Under the pieces are notes generated by a model. The model was not told where the DNA came from and made no database searches. It saw only the letters and a list, made by a program, of their open reading frames with translations. Both the position numbers and the translations under genes were made by a program. Source: Hyphomicrobiaceae bacterium (lineage in GTDB: Bacteria > Pseudomonadota > Alphaproteobacteria > Rhizobiales > Hyphomicrobiaceae). From it: a stretch of DNA of 64,000 bases. The DNA lies in the NCBI GenBank assembly GCA_965222775.1, contig OZ244971.1, positions 1,309,165 to 1,373,164 of the forward strand. The letters are read 5' to 3'. Positions 20,853 to 30,972 of this stretch are shown here, piece after piece; positions within the stretch are counted from its first letter, which is position 1, and every line of letters starts with the position of its first letter.

Positions 20853-21482
20853 CTAACTGGTTTGGCTTTTGCCGGCCTGCTTTTCCCGCATGATTTCGTC
20901 GAAGCGTCGAAACGTAACGTGGCCTGGCATGCTGACGCCCTCGCCGGACAACACGAGTTTGATCGTCTTTAGAATGATTTTGAGATCCAAAAGGAACGAC
21001 TGATTGTCCACGTACCAAACATCCAGCGCAAACTTTTCTGGCCATGACAAGGCATTGCGTCCATTGACTTGGGCCCATCCGGTGACACCGGGGCGCGCTT
21101 CGTGACGTCGCGCTTGCTCGGGTGTGTAGAACTCAAGGTATTCTGTAAGTAATGGGCGTGGACCGACGACGCTCATATCGCCGCGTAACACGTTAAAAAG
21201 TTGGGGCAGCTCATCGAGACTGAGGCGGCGCAGCCAAATACCAAATGGTGGTAGGCGTTTTTCGTCTGGAAGGGGGTCGCCGTTTTCATCTGTTTCGTCG
21301 GTCATGGTGCGAAACTTAAAGATCGTAAATGGCTCTGCATTGAGGCCGGGGCGAACTTGGCGGAACAGAACTGGTGTTCCAAGTCGCGTCCGCACAAGGA
21401 TCGCGACGATTATCATGGGGATGGCGAAGACGGCCAAACCAGCAAGTGCGGCGATGATATCAAACAGGCGTTTTAAGATCAT
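20853..21482 (-). CDS. Sugar transferase (undecaprenyl-phosphate hexose-1-phosphate transferase family, WbaP/ExoY-like C-terminal domain)
   Basis: MILKRLFDIIAALAGL...PGLNAEPFTIFKFRTM...DELPQLFNVLRGDMSVVGPRP is the bacterial sugar transferase (PF02397-type) signature. The internal ATG at 21482 is the preferred start. Confidence 0.75.
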   Translation of the reverse strand: MILKRLFDIIAALAGLAVFAIPMIIVAILVRTRLGTPVLFRQVRPGLNAEPFTIFKFRTMTDETDENGDPLPDEKRLPPFGIWLRRLSLDELPQLFNVLRGDMSVVGPRPLLTEYLEFYTPEQARRHEARPGVTGWAQVNGRNALSWPEKFALDVWYVDNQSFLLDLKIILKTIKLVLSGEGVSMPGHVTFRRFDEIMREKQAGKSQTS

Positions 21483-21733
21483 GTGTTGGGACGTTTTATT
21501 ACGACTGTCCAAGGTTCGATCGTTGGGTTTTCGATTTTGTTTAGGCTTATCGCTCGCCCGTACTGACGGCAAGTGTGAAATTGGTCAATCGTGTTGAACG
21601 TCGACATGATTTGATCATTAACCGGTGCAGGAGCGACGCAGTGCCGCAAGGGCGGTTTTAGACCATTGTTGTGCTTCAACTATGTTCGTTGGGCGCGTAT
21701 ATTTACGCGAGATTTACATCGAGGGTGAACGCG

Positions 21734-22063
21734 ATGGTTCGGGACGGCATTGGGCACAATACTGAGGGCGTTCGGCTTAGAATTGAGGCGAGGTTTTTTA
21801 ATTCATTGGCCAAGTACAGTGGCGGTGATGGCCTTTGCCAAGAAATTGAGATTGAGGCGGGCAGTACGATCGGCGATTTGATACGGCTCGTCGGCCTACC
21901 AATTCCTGAAATCTTTCTTGTGTTGAGAAATGGCCGCGATGTGACGCCCGGGCTTTATCAGGGTGGTGTGGTCAACGAAGATATGGCGCTTGATGATGGA
22001 GACGTGATCGCGTTCTCTGGACCAGTGCCCTACAGCTATGGGTATGGTGCGCCGGTTGTTTAA
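21734..22063 (+). CDS. MoaD/ThiS-like beta-grasp protein (tentative)
   Basis: ~110 aa ...IEIEAGSTIGDLIRLVGLP...VLRNGRDV...DDGDVIAFSGPV resembles ubiquitin-like sulfur-carrier proteins but lacks a C-terminal GG. Confidence 0.4.
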   Translation: MVRDGIGHNTEGVRLRIEARFFNSLAKYSGGDGLCQEIEIEAGSTIGDLIRLVGLPIPEIFLVLRNGRDVTPGLYQGGVVNEDMALDDGDVIAFSGPVPYSYGYGAPVV

Positions 22064-22085
22064 GGTTTTTCTGGCCCGTGTAACC

Positions 22086-22922
22086 TTAGCTCGTCGGCGC
22101 GTTTGGGAAAAATAGTTGCTGGCCGTTGACTTTAAATTCCCTGATCGCGGTTTGACCCTCCGGTCCTGTAATCCAATCGATAAAAGCTTGACCTTCTTTG
22201 GCCTTCACGGTCGGGTGTTTTTTGGGATTAACGAGGATGACGCCATATTGGTTGTGCAATCTTGGGTCGCCTTCAACGACGAGTTTGTGTTGGCGTTTGT
22301 TGCGGAACGCGATCCAAGTTCCACGATCGCTGAGGGCGTAAGCGTTCATTGCCACGGCTGCGTTTAATGTTGCGCCCATACCCGACCCTGTTGAGCGATA
22401 CCAGTTGCCGCTGGCGCTGGCGACATCAATGCCGATGGAATTCCAAAGGCGCATTTCAGCCTTGTGCGTGCCAGAGTCATCACCTCTCGAAGCAAATATA
22501 ACATTTGACGTGGCTATTTTTTTAAGTGCGGCGGCAACGTCTTTTATTTTGGATACTTTTGCGGGATCACTTTCTGGTCCGACAATTATGAAGTCATTAT
22601 ACATGACATCGATACGTTTGACGCCGTGGCCTTCGGCAACGAATTCTTCTTCGGCCTTGCGGGCGTGCACCAATAAAACATCGCCGTCGCCGCGCGTTGC
22701 ATTTTTTATAGCTTGACCGGTTCCTACGGCGATGACGCGGACGTCGACGCCCGTTTTGGCTTTGAATTTTGGTAGGATGCTTTTGAGTAGGCCTGAGTTG
22801 TCGGTGGATGTGGTTGATTGAAGAACAATAAATGGGTCATCTGCATGAGCTGGGTTGACCGGCATGGCTATCGCCAGTGCCGTTAAGAGTAGCGTCATCA
22901 GGCCCAACCTGCGTGTGTTCAT
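22086..22922 (-). CDS. tupA: Tungstate ABC transporter substrate-binding protein (TupA/WtpA-like)
   Basis: Signal peptide, then the TTSTxNSGLL and SRGDDSGTH motifs typical of TupA-type periplasmic binding proteins. Confidence 0.7.
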   Translation of the reverse strand: MNTRRLGLMTLLLTALAIAMPVNPAHADDPFIVLQSTTSTDNSGLLKSILPKFKAKTGVDVRVIAVGTGQAIKNATRGDGDVLLVHARKAEEEFVAEGHGVKRIDVMYNDFIIVGPESDPAKVSKIKDVAAALKKIATSNVIFASRGDDSGTHKAEMRLWNSIGIDVASASGNWYRSTGSGMGATLNAAVAMNAYALSDRGTWIAFRNKRQHKLVVEGDPRLHNQYGVILVNPKKHPTVKAKEGQAFIDWITGPEGQTAIREFKVNGQQLFFPNAPTS

Positions 22923-22961
22923 GAACTTTCTCTTTTTTTAATGCCGGTGCTTATTGTATTT

Positions 22962-23723
22962 TCATTCCAGATAAAGTTGACCGGCGAGGTAGGCGCGTGC
23001 AGCGCGTGACTTTGGTTCAGTAAAAAAGGTAGACGCCGTTCCACTTTCGGCAAGTCTTCCGTGATCGAGAAACAAGATCTCATCAGCTATTCGTTTTGCC
23101 TGACCAATATCATGGGTGACAAGCACGACTTTGGTACTGGCTACATGGGCAGCGGTGATCAGGTCTTCAACCGCTTGTGTTGCTGAAGGATCAAGGCTGG
23201 CGGTCGGTTCATCTAAGAATAAAACTTGAGGTTTTAACGCAAGAGCGCGCGCGATCGAGAGGCGTTGTTGTTCGCCGCCTGAAAGAAGGCGAGCGGGTGT
23301 CCCTGCGTGTGATCTTAACCGTGACATTTCGAGTAATTCGTCGATGCGTGAAATGCGGAGGTCGCTGGGCAAGTGACGGAGGACAAATGCAATGTTGTCG
23401 TGAGTCGATCGGCGCAGCAAAACTGGTTTTTGGAAAACCATGGCTTGCCGTTTTCGGATCTCGGCGTTGGCCGGCTTTCCTGCCCAGGTAATTGTGCCAC
23501 TTGTTGGTGCGATTAGGCCGTGAAGTGCCCGCAACAACAGGCTTTTGCCGGCACCGTTGGGGCCCATGATAACGGATTTCATGTTGGGCAGTAGTGAAAA
23601 GGTTATATCGCTGAGAAGCGGTCTTGCGTTTTGCACATAGCAAAGATTGGTGACAACGACTGGCAATTGGGTCGGAGTATCGCTGCCAACCTTATCCGTT
23701 GTTTGGTTGATGCGGTTAAGCAT
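22962..23723 (-). CDS. tupC: ABC transporter ATP-binding protein (TupC-like)
   Basis: Walker A GPNGAGKS, ABC signature LSGGEQQRLSIARAL, Walker B LFLDEPT. Confidence 0.75.
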   Translation of the reverse strand: MLNRINQTTDKVGSDTPTQLPVVVTNLCYVQNARPLLSDITFSLLPNMKSVIMGPNGAGKSLLLRALHGLIAPTSGTITWAGKPANAEIRKRQAMVFQKPVLLRRSTHDNIAFVLRHLPSDLRISRIDELLEMSRLRSHAGTPARLLSGGEQQRLSIARALALKPQVLFLDEPTASLDPSATQAVEDLITAAHVASTKVVLVTHDIGQAKRIADEILFLDHGRLAESGTASTFFTEPKSRAARAYLAGQLYLE

Positions 23724-24462
23724 ATGCGCGCCTTTTTGCAGAACTGGTTATGAAGCCAACGGCGGCATTGATCGCGAATGCAATCAAGATCAAGACGATG
23801 CCAAGTGCCAACGCATTTGCAAGGTTACCTTTTGAAGTTTCTAAGGCGATGGTCGTTGTCATGACGCGGGTCAAGTGCTCAATGTTGCCGCCGACAATCA
23901 TGACCGCGCCCACTTCAGCAATGGCGCGGCCAAAGCCTGCGAGTCCGGCCGTTGTAAGACTATAGCGGCCTTCCCAAAGCAAAGTTGCGACGCGCTCTGA
24001 TGGGCGAAGGCGCAGGGAGCGAAACAACTCGGAATATTCGGAATTGAGGTCAACCATCGATTGGCGCGTGAGTGCTGCAATGAGTGGTGTGATAAGGCAC
24101 GTCTGGGCGATGATCATGGCTGTTGGCGTATACAAGAGCCCCAGAACGCCCAACGGGCCTTGACGCGATAACAAGAGATAAACGATGAGGCCGACGACCA
24201 CAGGTGGCAGTCCCATAAATGCATTTAGGAGTGTTGTTAGGATGCGCGACCCAGGAAAACGATAAACAGCCAATGCTGTACCGAGGGGAAGGCCTATGAT
24301 GCAGCCCATGGCCGTTGCCGTGATCGACACATAGAGGGAACGCGCAATGACTTCATAGAGGTTGGAGTCGCCAGAGAACAGCAGACTTGCGGCCAACGTG
24401 AGGATTGTAAAGAAGTCTTCCATTTTTTCGTTCGAGATGTTTGGACGTCTAGATGTAATCAA
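23716..24462 (-). CDS. tupB: ABC transporter permease (TupB-like)
   Basis: 248-aa polytopic membrane protein with an EAA-like loop. Overlaps the downstream ATPase gene by 8 nt. Confidence 0.7.
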   Translation of the reverse strand: MITSRRPNISNEKMEDFFTILTLAASLLFSGDSNLYEVIARSLYVSITATAMGCIIGLPLGTALAVYRFPGSRILTTLLNAFMGLPPVVVGLIVYLLLSRQGPLGVLGLLYTPTAMIIAQTCLITPLIAALTRQSMVDLNSEYSELFRSLRLRPSERVATLLWEGRYSLTTAGLAGFGRAIAEVGAVMIVGGNIEHLTRVMTTTIALETSKGNLANALALGIVLILIAFAINAAVGFITSSAKRRAYA

Positions 24463-26162
24463 AGAGCGACAACATCTTGTTCGTTTTTCGAAAATGGTGT
24501 TAGCACGCGCTCTTGTGTGACCGGATTGGTATTGATGTCGATACCATGATCGATCCCGAAGTGGATCATAGCGCGTTCGGCCAGCGCTGTAATGGTGAAC
24601 AGCGGATTTACGCCTAATGAGCGTGGTATGATTGATCCATCGATCACGTAAAGGCCCTTGTGGACGTCCGATGACCCCTTGGTTTTGTTAGCATCAAAAA
24701 CTTGGCCCTTGTGATTCACGACACCTAATGTGCGGTCCTGCGACATGGCACATCCGCCTAGCGGATGTGCGGTGGATGGCTGATGTCCCATGACGGTGCC
24801 GGACAAAGGATTGCGAACATAGTTGCCGCCTGAGTTTTTGACGATTGCTTCGATGGCAGTATCTAGCCGCTTATAGACAGGTTCGTCTTTTGCATTTGGC
24901 CAAGACAAGGCAAGCTTGTCGTCCGTCAATTGGAAGGCGCCCGATGCGCTGTCATGGGAGACGGCAAAAAAGGTTTGAAGATGTGCAAACGGGCCCTTGT
25001 AAACGCCATTGATGAGGCTTTTAAGTGCGCCCAACAGTCGGCCGTTGGGAACGAACAACACGGGCAAAATTGGTGCGATCGCAGACGGAAGAACACCTTC
25101 TTGAATTCTCATCTCGTTGTCTAAGACTTGATCGTCATCAATCTCGATTTGCCCCGACACGGCTGCGCCGATTGTTAAGTCTTCCAATTTTGGGGGATGG
25201 CCAATGCCAACAGCGTTGATGACGGGATCAGCGCCATAACCAAAAGCGATAATGTCACCGTTTGCTGAGAAGCAGTGGCCGACGCGTTCTGAGATTTTGA
25301 GCCCTGCTTCTTGTGACCGTAATAGGATTTCAGTTGATCCCAATGTTCCCGCGGCCAGAATAACAGCATCCGATGACACAGTTCGCGTAGCGGCATCTCC
25401 TTTTTCGTCGTCAAGGCGCTCGATTTCTGTTTGCCAATGACCATTGGAGTTTTTGTTGACCTTTCGGACTTTCGCGTGTGTGAAAAGTTCTGCGCCGTGT
25501 CGGACGGCGTCTGGAAGATATGTCAATGCGACAGTGTTCTTTGCGCCCACATTGCAGCCCGAACAACAATCGCCGCAAAGTGTGCAAGCAGGTTGTGTGA
25601 TTCCCGCAGCGTTTGTGCCTTCTTCATAGGTGACGGCTGTGCGGGGTGTGACCATTCGGTGGTTGAGGTCGTTATTCGCATCTGCCAGCGCCTGAAACTT
25701 CGCAAGTTTGTTGGTGCCGTTGTGCGCGGCTGGTTTCAACCATGCTTCGGCGCGGAGATAACCTTCGTCAAGTGTGGGATCTTGTCTGATTTGCCCCGGC
25801 CAAATTTCGTCGTCAAAGACACGCGGATCCGGTCGTAACGTGACACCGGCGTTGACCAATGACCCACCACCAAGGCCGCAGCCCACGAGGACGTGCATGT
25901 CTTCTCCGACGCGGATGTCGTAAAGGGCTGTTTTTTTCCCGGTTTGTATTCGTTTTCCAGTTAATTGAAATTCGTTTCGCAAGTCTGGGAAGCGATTTGG
26001 AAATTCGCCAGTTAAAAACTCGCGACCGCGTTCGAGTACGGCAACGCGGAGGCCTGCACGTGCCAGACGGGATGCTGACACACCGCCGCCGTAGCCCGAT
26101 CCAACAATGACCACATCATAATGATCGCGGAGTTTTTCTAACGGGCGAGCGAGTGGAAACAT
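24459..26162 (-). CDS. GMC-family FAD-dependent oxidoreductase (cholesterol-oxidase/choline-dehydrogenase-like)
   Basis: N-terminal FAD motif DVVIVGSGYGGGVSASRLARAG and C-terminal GMC active-site region GHQPSTAHPLGGCAM. 567 aa. Confidence 0.8.
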   Translation of the reverse strand: MFPLARPLEKLRDHYDVVIVGSGYGGGVSASRLARAGLRVAVLERGREFLTGEFPNRFPDLRNEFQLTGKRIQTGKKTALYDIRVGEDMHVLVGCGLGGGSLVNAGVTLRPDPRVFDDEIWPGQIRQDPTLDEGYLRAEAWLKPAAHNGTNKLAKFQALADANNDLNHRMVTPRTAVTYEEGTNAAGITQPACTLCGDCCSGCNVGAKNTVALTYLPDAVRHGAELFTHAKVRKVNKNSNGHWQTEIERLDDEKGDAATRTVSSDAVILAAGTLGSTEILLRSQEAGLKISERVGHCFSANGDIIAFGYGADPVINAVGIGHPPKLEDLTIGAAVSGQIEIDDDQVLDNEMRIQEGVLPSAIAPILPVLFVPNGRLLGALKSLINGVYKGPFAHLQTFFAVSHDSASGAFQLTDDKLALSWPNAKDEPVYKRLDTAIEAIVKNSGGNYVRNPLSGTVMGHQPSTAHPLGGCAMSQDRTLGVVNHKGQVFDANKTKGSSDVHKGLYVIDGSIIPRSLGVNPLFTITALAERAMIHFGIDHGIDINTNPVTQERVLTPFSKNEQDVVAL

Positions 26163-26316
26163 TCAAGGTCCTTAGGGAATTGGCAGGGCGTGTTGATCCA
26201 AATCGACGCTTTGCACAAAAACGGACATCAGCGGGTTATTGGAGTTTTTGCACGGTAACGTTTGCACATTACTGATTTGCTAGAATGATTGGGATGCGTC
26301 TAGGTGTCTTTTTGGT

Positions 26317-27120
26317 TCATTTGAATAATACAAGGCTGAGCGCCAAGGCGGCCATGCCGAAGACCATGCCGTAAACAGTTTCGTGACCTTTCGAGTAGCG
26401 TTTGGCTTCGGGCATTAATTCATCGAGGGCCAAAAAAACCATGACACCTGCGATCACACCAAAAACAGCGCCGAATACAGCAGCATTTAGAAATGGTGCC
26501 AGGATCAGGTAACCAATTAGGGCGCCGAGTGGCTCTGCTGCTGCGGAGATGGAGGTGGCGCCGAACGCCTTCATTTTGCTTCCTGTCGCATAATAAACGG
26601 GTATTGCAATTGAGACGCCCTCGGGGATGTTGTGAATGGCAATTGCGATGGCGAGTGGCAAACCCACCACAGGGTTGTCGAGGGTCGCAAAAAAAGTTGC
26701 AAGGCCTTCTGGAAAATTGTGTGCCGTGATCGCCGCAGCAGCAAGTAAGCCCACACGACCGATGTTATTTGCGTGTGCGGCATGTTCTGGATCCATGCCT
26801 TCGTGGGGATTTGGAATTAAGCGGTCAATTATTGCAAGTAGGCCGACACCGACAAAAAACGCCAATGTGGCATAGGCGTACGACATCCTGCCATCGTAGA
26901 TTTCCGAAAAAGACAGATGCGATTTGGTGAAGATCTCGACCAGCGAAACATAGACCATGGCGCCGCCGGCAAACGCCAGTCCGAACGCCAGCAAACGTGG
27001 GTTGGCGGTGTTTGCGCGGAAAATAAATGCGGTTCCGAGCATGGTCGACGCGGCAGCTGCAATGCAAACGGCAAAGGCGATTAGGACAGGTGTTGAGAAA
27101 AATTCTGGGACTTCGGTCAT
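26317..27120 (-). CDS. zupT: ZIP-family zinc transporter ZupT
   Basis: 8-TM ZIP protein with HNFPEGLA and HNIPEGVSIAIP metal-binding motifs. Confidence 0.85.
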   Translation of the reverse strand: MTEVPEFFSTPVLIAFAVCIAAAASTMLGTAFIFRANTANPRLLAFGLAFAGGAMVYVSLVEIFTKSHLSFSEIYDGRMSYAYATLAFFVGVGLLAIIDRLIPNPHEGMDPEHAAHANNIGRVGLLAAAAITAHNFPEGLATFFATLDNPVVGLPLAIAIAIHNIPEGVSIAIPVYYATGSKMKAFGATSISAAAEPLGALIGYLILAPFLNAAVFGAVFGVIAGVMVFLALDELMPEAKRYSKGHETVYGMVFGMAALALSLVLFK

Positions 27121-27621
27121 GGCTTAAAATGTGGCACTCCGATTAGCCGGTGACGAAACTGGGCTTGTGATGGGAGCAGGTGGGCCTCTCTAAAAGAAAC
27201 GGGTGTCCAAGGCCTCAATAAAAAAAACCGTATGGTTCGGGTTTGGCGCTGAACATGTGTGGAGACTACTCTAGTTGCGAACGATTATTAATAGCAGGAT
27301 GAAGTTTGTTTGGTTTGGGCAACGAAGTCAAGCGCTGTGGGGTGTCGTTGATTGTGCCGTCGCCTCCGGCACAACTTGGGTGGCAACGCCATGGGCCTGG
27401 GAACGGATCTGATAGAATGGTGTTGACGCGGTCGGCTAAATGAGAACGTGTCGAATGCTCATGTCTGATGTGCACGCCTGCGGAACATAGGATAACCCCC
27501 TTGTGGGCGAAGGTCGACCAATGGTTCTGCGAAAATGTTGTCCCGATGATATTGTTACACGTTGACTTTTTGTCAGGGTGTTGGGGGCGTAGGTGGTTCA
27601 GACTAAAGGTACGAACCGGTT

Positions 27622-29211
27622 CTAGTGACCCCACTTCTGCCATGCAAAGTAGCCAAACCCGCTGATTGAACTGACTAGTAGCCAGGTGGGCAGAGCGGAC
27701 ACAAACGCCAATGCGACCATGGCGAATGGCAGCATCCACAGCTTTCCCCACAAGGCGTCAATTCCCTGCGATGCTGCCGATTTATGGCGTGCCAGCTGTT
27801 CCATTGTGCCGTCAACATTGTCCAGCACAGCCTTCGAACGAAGTTCCTGGGCAGTCCATTGTTCTTCGGCGCCGTAGGTTGTGTCCTCGAAGGCGTATGT
27901 ACGTAAGTTTGATGGGGCGCGCTGGATTCGTCTCCCGCGCCTGCCGAAAGTAGGAGATGGTGCCTCGTCCGCCTCCTTGATTCGTTGCTTCGATATAGGA
28001 TTGTGTATTTGGCCACGGCGCCCCAATTGAGAACGTGGCGCGGGAAAGTGCTCCCGTTGACCAGCCCATCGATCACGGTTTTGTCGAGGTTTTTCGGCCA
28101 ACGCATCGGCAAATTGCACACCGGTGGTCGCACTGATTGCGGCAATGCGATCGGCTATCGAAGGATGTGTCCACTGATCGACGCCGGACAAGTTGGAAAT
28201 CATCATCATTTGATATTTCGGATTGAGGCCTTCAATCTTGTCGTTCCTTGATATTTTATGCAGTGCCGACATCAGGGCACCTGGCTGTTTCACGATTTCG
28301 ATCGCACGCGCGTCTGCAATAAACTCTCGTTTCTGTGAAATCAGGTATTTCACAGCGTGGGCCATGAAATATGCAAGTACGATCAATCCGTATCCAATTA
28401 GAACGCCATACCATGCGCCTATATATAGCGCCGCGCCCAAACCAACGGCTGTCTGTAGGGGATAGTTTTTGATGTACGCTGCTGTCTTGTGACTATTTCT
28501 AGTGATAACGCCTGCACAAAGGTTGGCGATCGTCATCAAACGGTTGTCACGATTTTCGATATGCGCGAATTCGTGCGCAAGAACAGCCTCAAGTTCCGCA
28601 TCATTCAAAGTGTCAAGGAGTCCGCGCGTTACGCCAATAACCGAATCGGCCGGCGTCATGCCGCCTGCATAGGCGTTGCAACCGGGGCTCTCAATGACCT
28701 CAAGCTTGGGCATCGGCAGTCCGCGCGAAATCGCCATAGGTTCTATAAGCCCGTACAGGCGGGGCTCATCTTGCCGACGGACGCGAACCGCCATCATCTG
28801 ACGACGCGCGTATCGGCTTTGAAACCATAGACCAATTCCAACGTATACCAGAGCCAGGAGGAAGATAATGCCGGCGATGCTACCTAGCAATGCGTCGCGT
28901 TCCCAAAATTGGTTCCAGATCTCACCAACATGTTGGGGAATGGAAATACCAAGTTCTTGTGCAATGGGATTTTCGCCCGGCAGCCCACTGTTGAGATTGG
29001 TGTATATGGGGCCATTTGTTTCCCCAGTCAGAATATTTCCATATGTCTCGAAGGGGCTTCCCATCGAGATCAGAATAACTGACGTTGCCACGTAGAGACA
29101 TTGCAGTAGGATCGCAAACCAGACAAACAGCGCCAAAGAGCGCAAATTGTTCTCTTGGATGTGAGCAAAAAGTCCCTTCGGCGCCGGAAGTGTTTCGGCA
29201 ATCTCAGTCAT
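27622..29211 (-). CDS. M48-family (HtpX/Ste24-like) zinc metallopeptidase with a long C-terminal extension
   Basis: N-terminal TM helices and the HExxH motif (LAHEFAHIENRD). ~200 aa of extra C-terminal sequence ends in a further TM segment. Confidence 0.75.
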   Translation of the reverse strand: MTEIAETLPAPKGLFAHIQENNLRSLALFVWFAILLQCLYVATSVILISMGSPFETYGNILTGETNGPIYTNLNSGLPGENPIAQELGISIPQHVGEIWNQFWERDALLGSIAGIIFLLALVYVGIGLWFQSRYARRQMMAVRVRRQDEPRLYGLIEPMAISRGLPMPKLEVIESPGCNAYAGGMTPADSVIGVTRGLLDTLNDAELEAVLAHEFAHIENRDNRLMTIANLCAGVITRNSHKTAAYIKNYPLQTAVGLGAALYIGAWYGVLIGYGLIVLAYFMAHAVKYLISQKREFIADARAIEIVKQPGALMSALHKISRNDKIEGLNPKYQMMMISNLSGVDQWTHPSIADRIAAISATTGVQFADALAEKPRQNRDRWAGQREHFPAPRSQLGRRGQIHNPISKQRIKEADEAPSPTFGRRGRRIQRAPSNLRTYAFEDTTYGAEEQWTAQELRSKAVLDNVDGTMEQLARHKSAASQGIDALWGKLWMLPFAMVALAFVSALPTWLLVSSISGFGYFAWQKWGH

Positions 29212-29233
29212 CGCAAAAACTCCAACGCCAAAA

Positions 29234-29812
29234 TTAGAGGGCTTTCACAACGGGCGCGTCTTCGACAAACATACGATCCTCACCCAGCCCAAAGAACCTC
29301 TCCTTGTTCAACCCGCGGTATGCAGCGATCAAAGAGCCTGGAAACTGCCTAATGGAGGTGTTGTATTCGTTTGCAGAGAGGTTCAAAAACCGCCGCGATG
29401 CTGCAATCTTGTTTTCCATGTCCGACAATTCGGCACGCAAGACCGCAAACTCTCGTTGTGACTTAAGCTCAGGATAGTGTTCGGCGGCGGCCATAAGCCG
29501 TTCGAGATTATTTCCTAACTGAATCTCGGCCTTAAATTTTGCAGGACCCCCCATGGCATTTAGCGCATCAGTCCGCGACCTAAGCACGGCGTTGATCGAG
29601 TCCTTCTCCATACCGACGAAATTGTGCACGGTCTGAATAATATTCGGGATCAAGTCATGGCGTTGGCGCAGCTGAACATCGATATCGGCATAGGCCTGTT
29701 CGCAGCGACTTTGCAGTGCCATGACGCGATTGTGGCTCATCAACAAGTAGGCCAGCACCCCGGTGATAAGCAGGAGTAAAACAATTATAAACATTATCAG
29801 ACCAGTGAGCAT
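29234..29812 (-). CDS. lemA: LemA family protein
   Basis: 192 aa with an N-terminal TM helix and the conserved LemA core (RCEQAYADIDVQLRQRHDLIPNII...). Located immediately upstream of the M48 peptidase gene, the common LemA-M48 pairing. Confidence 0.85.
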   Translation of the reverse strand: MLTGLIMFIIVLLLLITGVLAYLLMSHNRVMALQSRCEQAYADIDVQLRQRHDLIPNIIQTVHNFVGMEKDSINAVLRSRTDALNAMGGPAKFKAEIQLGNNLERLMAAAEHYPELKSQREFAVLRAELSDMENKIAASRRFLNLSANEYNTSIRQFPGSLIAAYRGLNKERFFGLGEDRMFVEDAPVVKAL

Positions 29813-30059
29813 AGGACTCCCTTTCCAATTTGAAGTCGATCTTCATTTGATCAAAACAGTAGAGATCTGTGGTAAATATCTATTTGATGAACATGGTAAC
29901 GATCGTATTTGCGGGAGGCTCAAAATGAACGAATTCAGGTTTTGAATGTAAGTTAGCGATATTTTTAGTAATGGTCGCAATGCTCACGTGAAGCGTTAGA
30001 ATTTGATGCAAAGGTTGCCATGTGTTGACATCACAGCACGAAATACTGGAGGAAGTTTC

Positions 30060-30752
30060 ATGAGCGAGCCACTCATTTCGCGGATCAACCGCTTGATCTC
30101 AGGTGCAGTCTACGGTCAGGTTGAAGCCCTGGAATCGGCGATGGCTGAAACCACCATGCGCGAAGCGATCCGAGAAGTTGAGCGCACGACAGAGGAAGTT
30201 CGCGATCAATTGTTCAATTCTCGTCGCGAGCAGCAAGTGGCGGCCCGCCGAATAATTCAGACGCAAGAGAAACTGGCGCAGCTAGCAGACAAGGTGGAAG
30301 CCGCGCTTAAGGTCGACCGCGATGATCTCGCCGAAGCGGTCGTTAATCGTCAGCTTGATCTTGAAGCTCAAATCCCGATCCTGGAAAAAACACGCGATGC
30401 TGCAGGCGAGCGAGGAGCTGAACTTAACGGCTACATTACCGCATTGAACGGGCGCAAATCTGAAATGGAGGAAGAGCTAAAGGCCTTTATCCAAGCTCAG
30501 AAGGAACTTTCAAATGTGGCTGTTGACGGTGATCTTGGCGGCGAGACCTGTGGTCTGCAAAAACGTGCCGAGAAAGCCGAGAAAGCGTTCAGCCGCGTTG
30601 TGGAAAATGCAACTGGTGTTACCGGCATGACCCGATCGGACCGCGATACCATGTCAAAGTTGATCGAACTCGAATCTGTCCAGCGCAAAGAAAAGGTCGC
30701 AGAGCGTATGAAGGCCTACAAAGAGAAACGAGGACAAAGCGCCTCTGCGTAA
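30060..30752 (+). CDS. pspA: PspA/IM30-family (phage shock protein A-like) protein
   Basis: ~230-aa coiled-coil protein (MSEPLISRINRLISGAVYGQVEALESA...) with PspA-like heptad pattern. GGAGGA RBS before the ATG at 30060. Divergent from lemA. Confidence 0.7.
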   Translation: MSEPLISRINRLISGAVYGQVEALESAMAETTMREAIREVERTTEEVRDQLFNSRREQQVAARRIIQTQEKLAQLADKVEAALKVDRDDLAEAVVNRQLDLEAQIPILEKTRDAAGERGAELNGYITALNGRKSEMEEELKAFIQAQKELSNVAVDGDLGGETCGLQKRAEKAEKAFSRVVENATGVTGMTRSDRDTMSKLIELESVQRKEKVAERMKAYKEKRGQSASA

Positions 30753-30900
30753 AGCTGCGTGGATTATATCAACAAATTTTTGCCTGAATTCAGCTATAAA
30801 CGCTGCGCCCCCTTGCGACGCCGTGTGGTTGGGCTCGTTGAGACCCACCTGGCGCACGCCGCTGTGCGGTTTGATGTGTGTTCCGCGATCAACAGGGACC

Positions 30901-30972
30901 GAGGGCTATAGCTCAGAGGTAGAGCGGCCGGGAACCCGGCAGGACGGAGGTTCGAATCCTTCTAGCTTCACC
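30901..30972 (+). pseudogene. tRNA-Ala-like element lacking a functional anticodon loop (tRNA pseudogene or tRNA-like structured RNA)
   Basis: AGGGCTATAGCTCAGAGGTAGAGCG...GGAGGTTCGAATCCTTCTAGCTTCACCA has an Ala-type acceptor (G3:U70, G2:U71), a canonical D-arm and T-arm (GGAGG/TTCGAAT/CCTTC) and an encoded CCA. The anticodon arm is only GCCGG-GAAC-CCGGC (4-nt loop) and position 1 is A opposite C72. Confidence 0.5.

Noticed and set aside
27121-27621. ~500-bp ORF-free region upstream of zupT containing the short palindrome ATTATTAATA; possible Zur box
   Set aside because: The palindrome is only 8-10 bp and very AT-simple. It does not match the longer Zur/Fur-type inverted repeat well enough to call. 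ORF 27266..27751 (minus) overlaps this region and the M48 gene end, and looks spurious
29813-30059. Sigma-54 promoter for pspA (as in E. coli)
   Set aside because: The closest GG…GC candidate (TGGTAACGATCGTATTTGC) has 14 nt rather than 10 nt between the GG and GC dinucleotides
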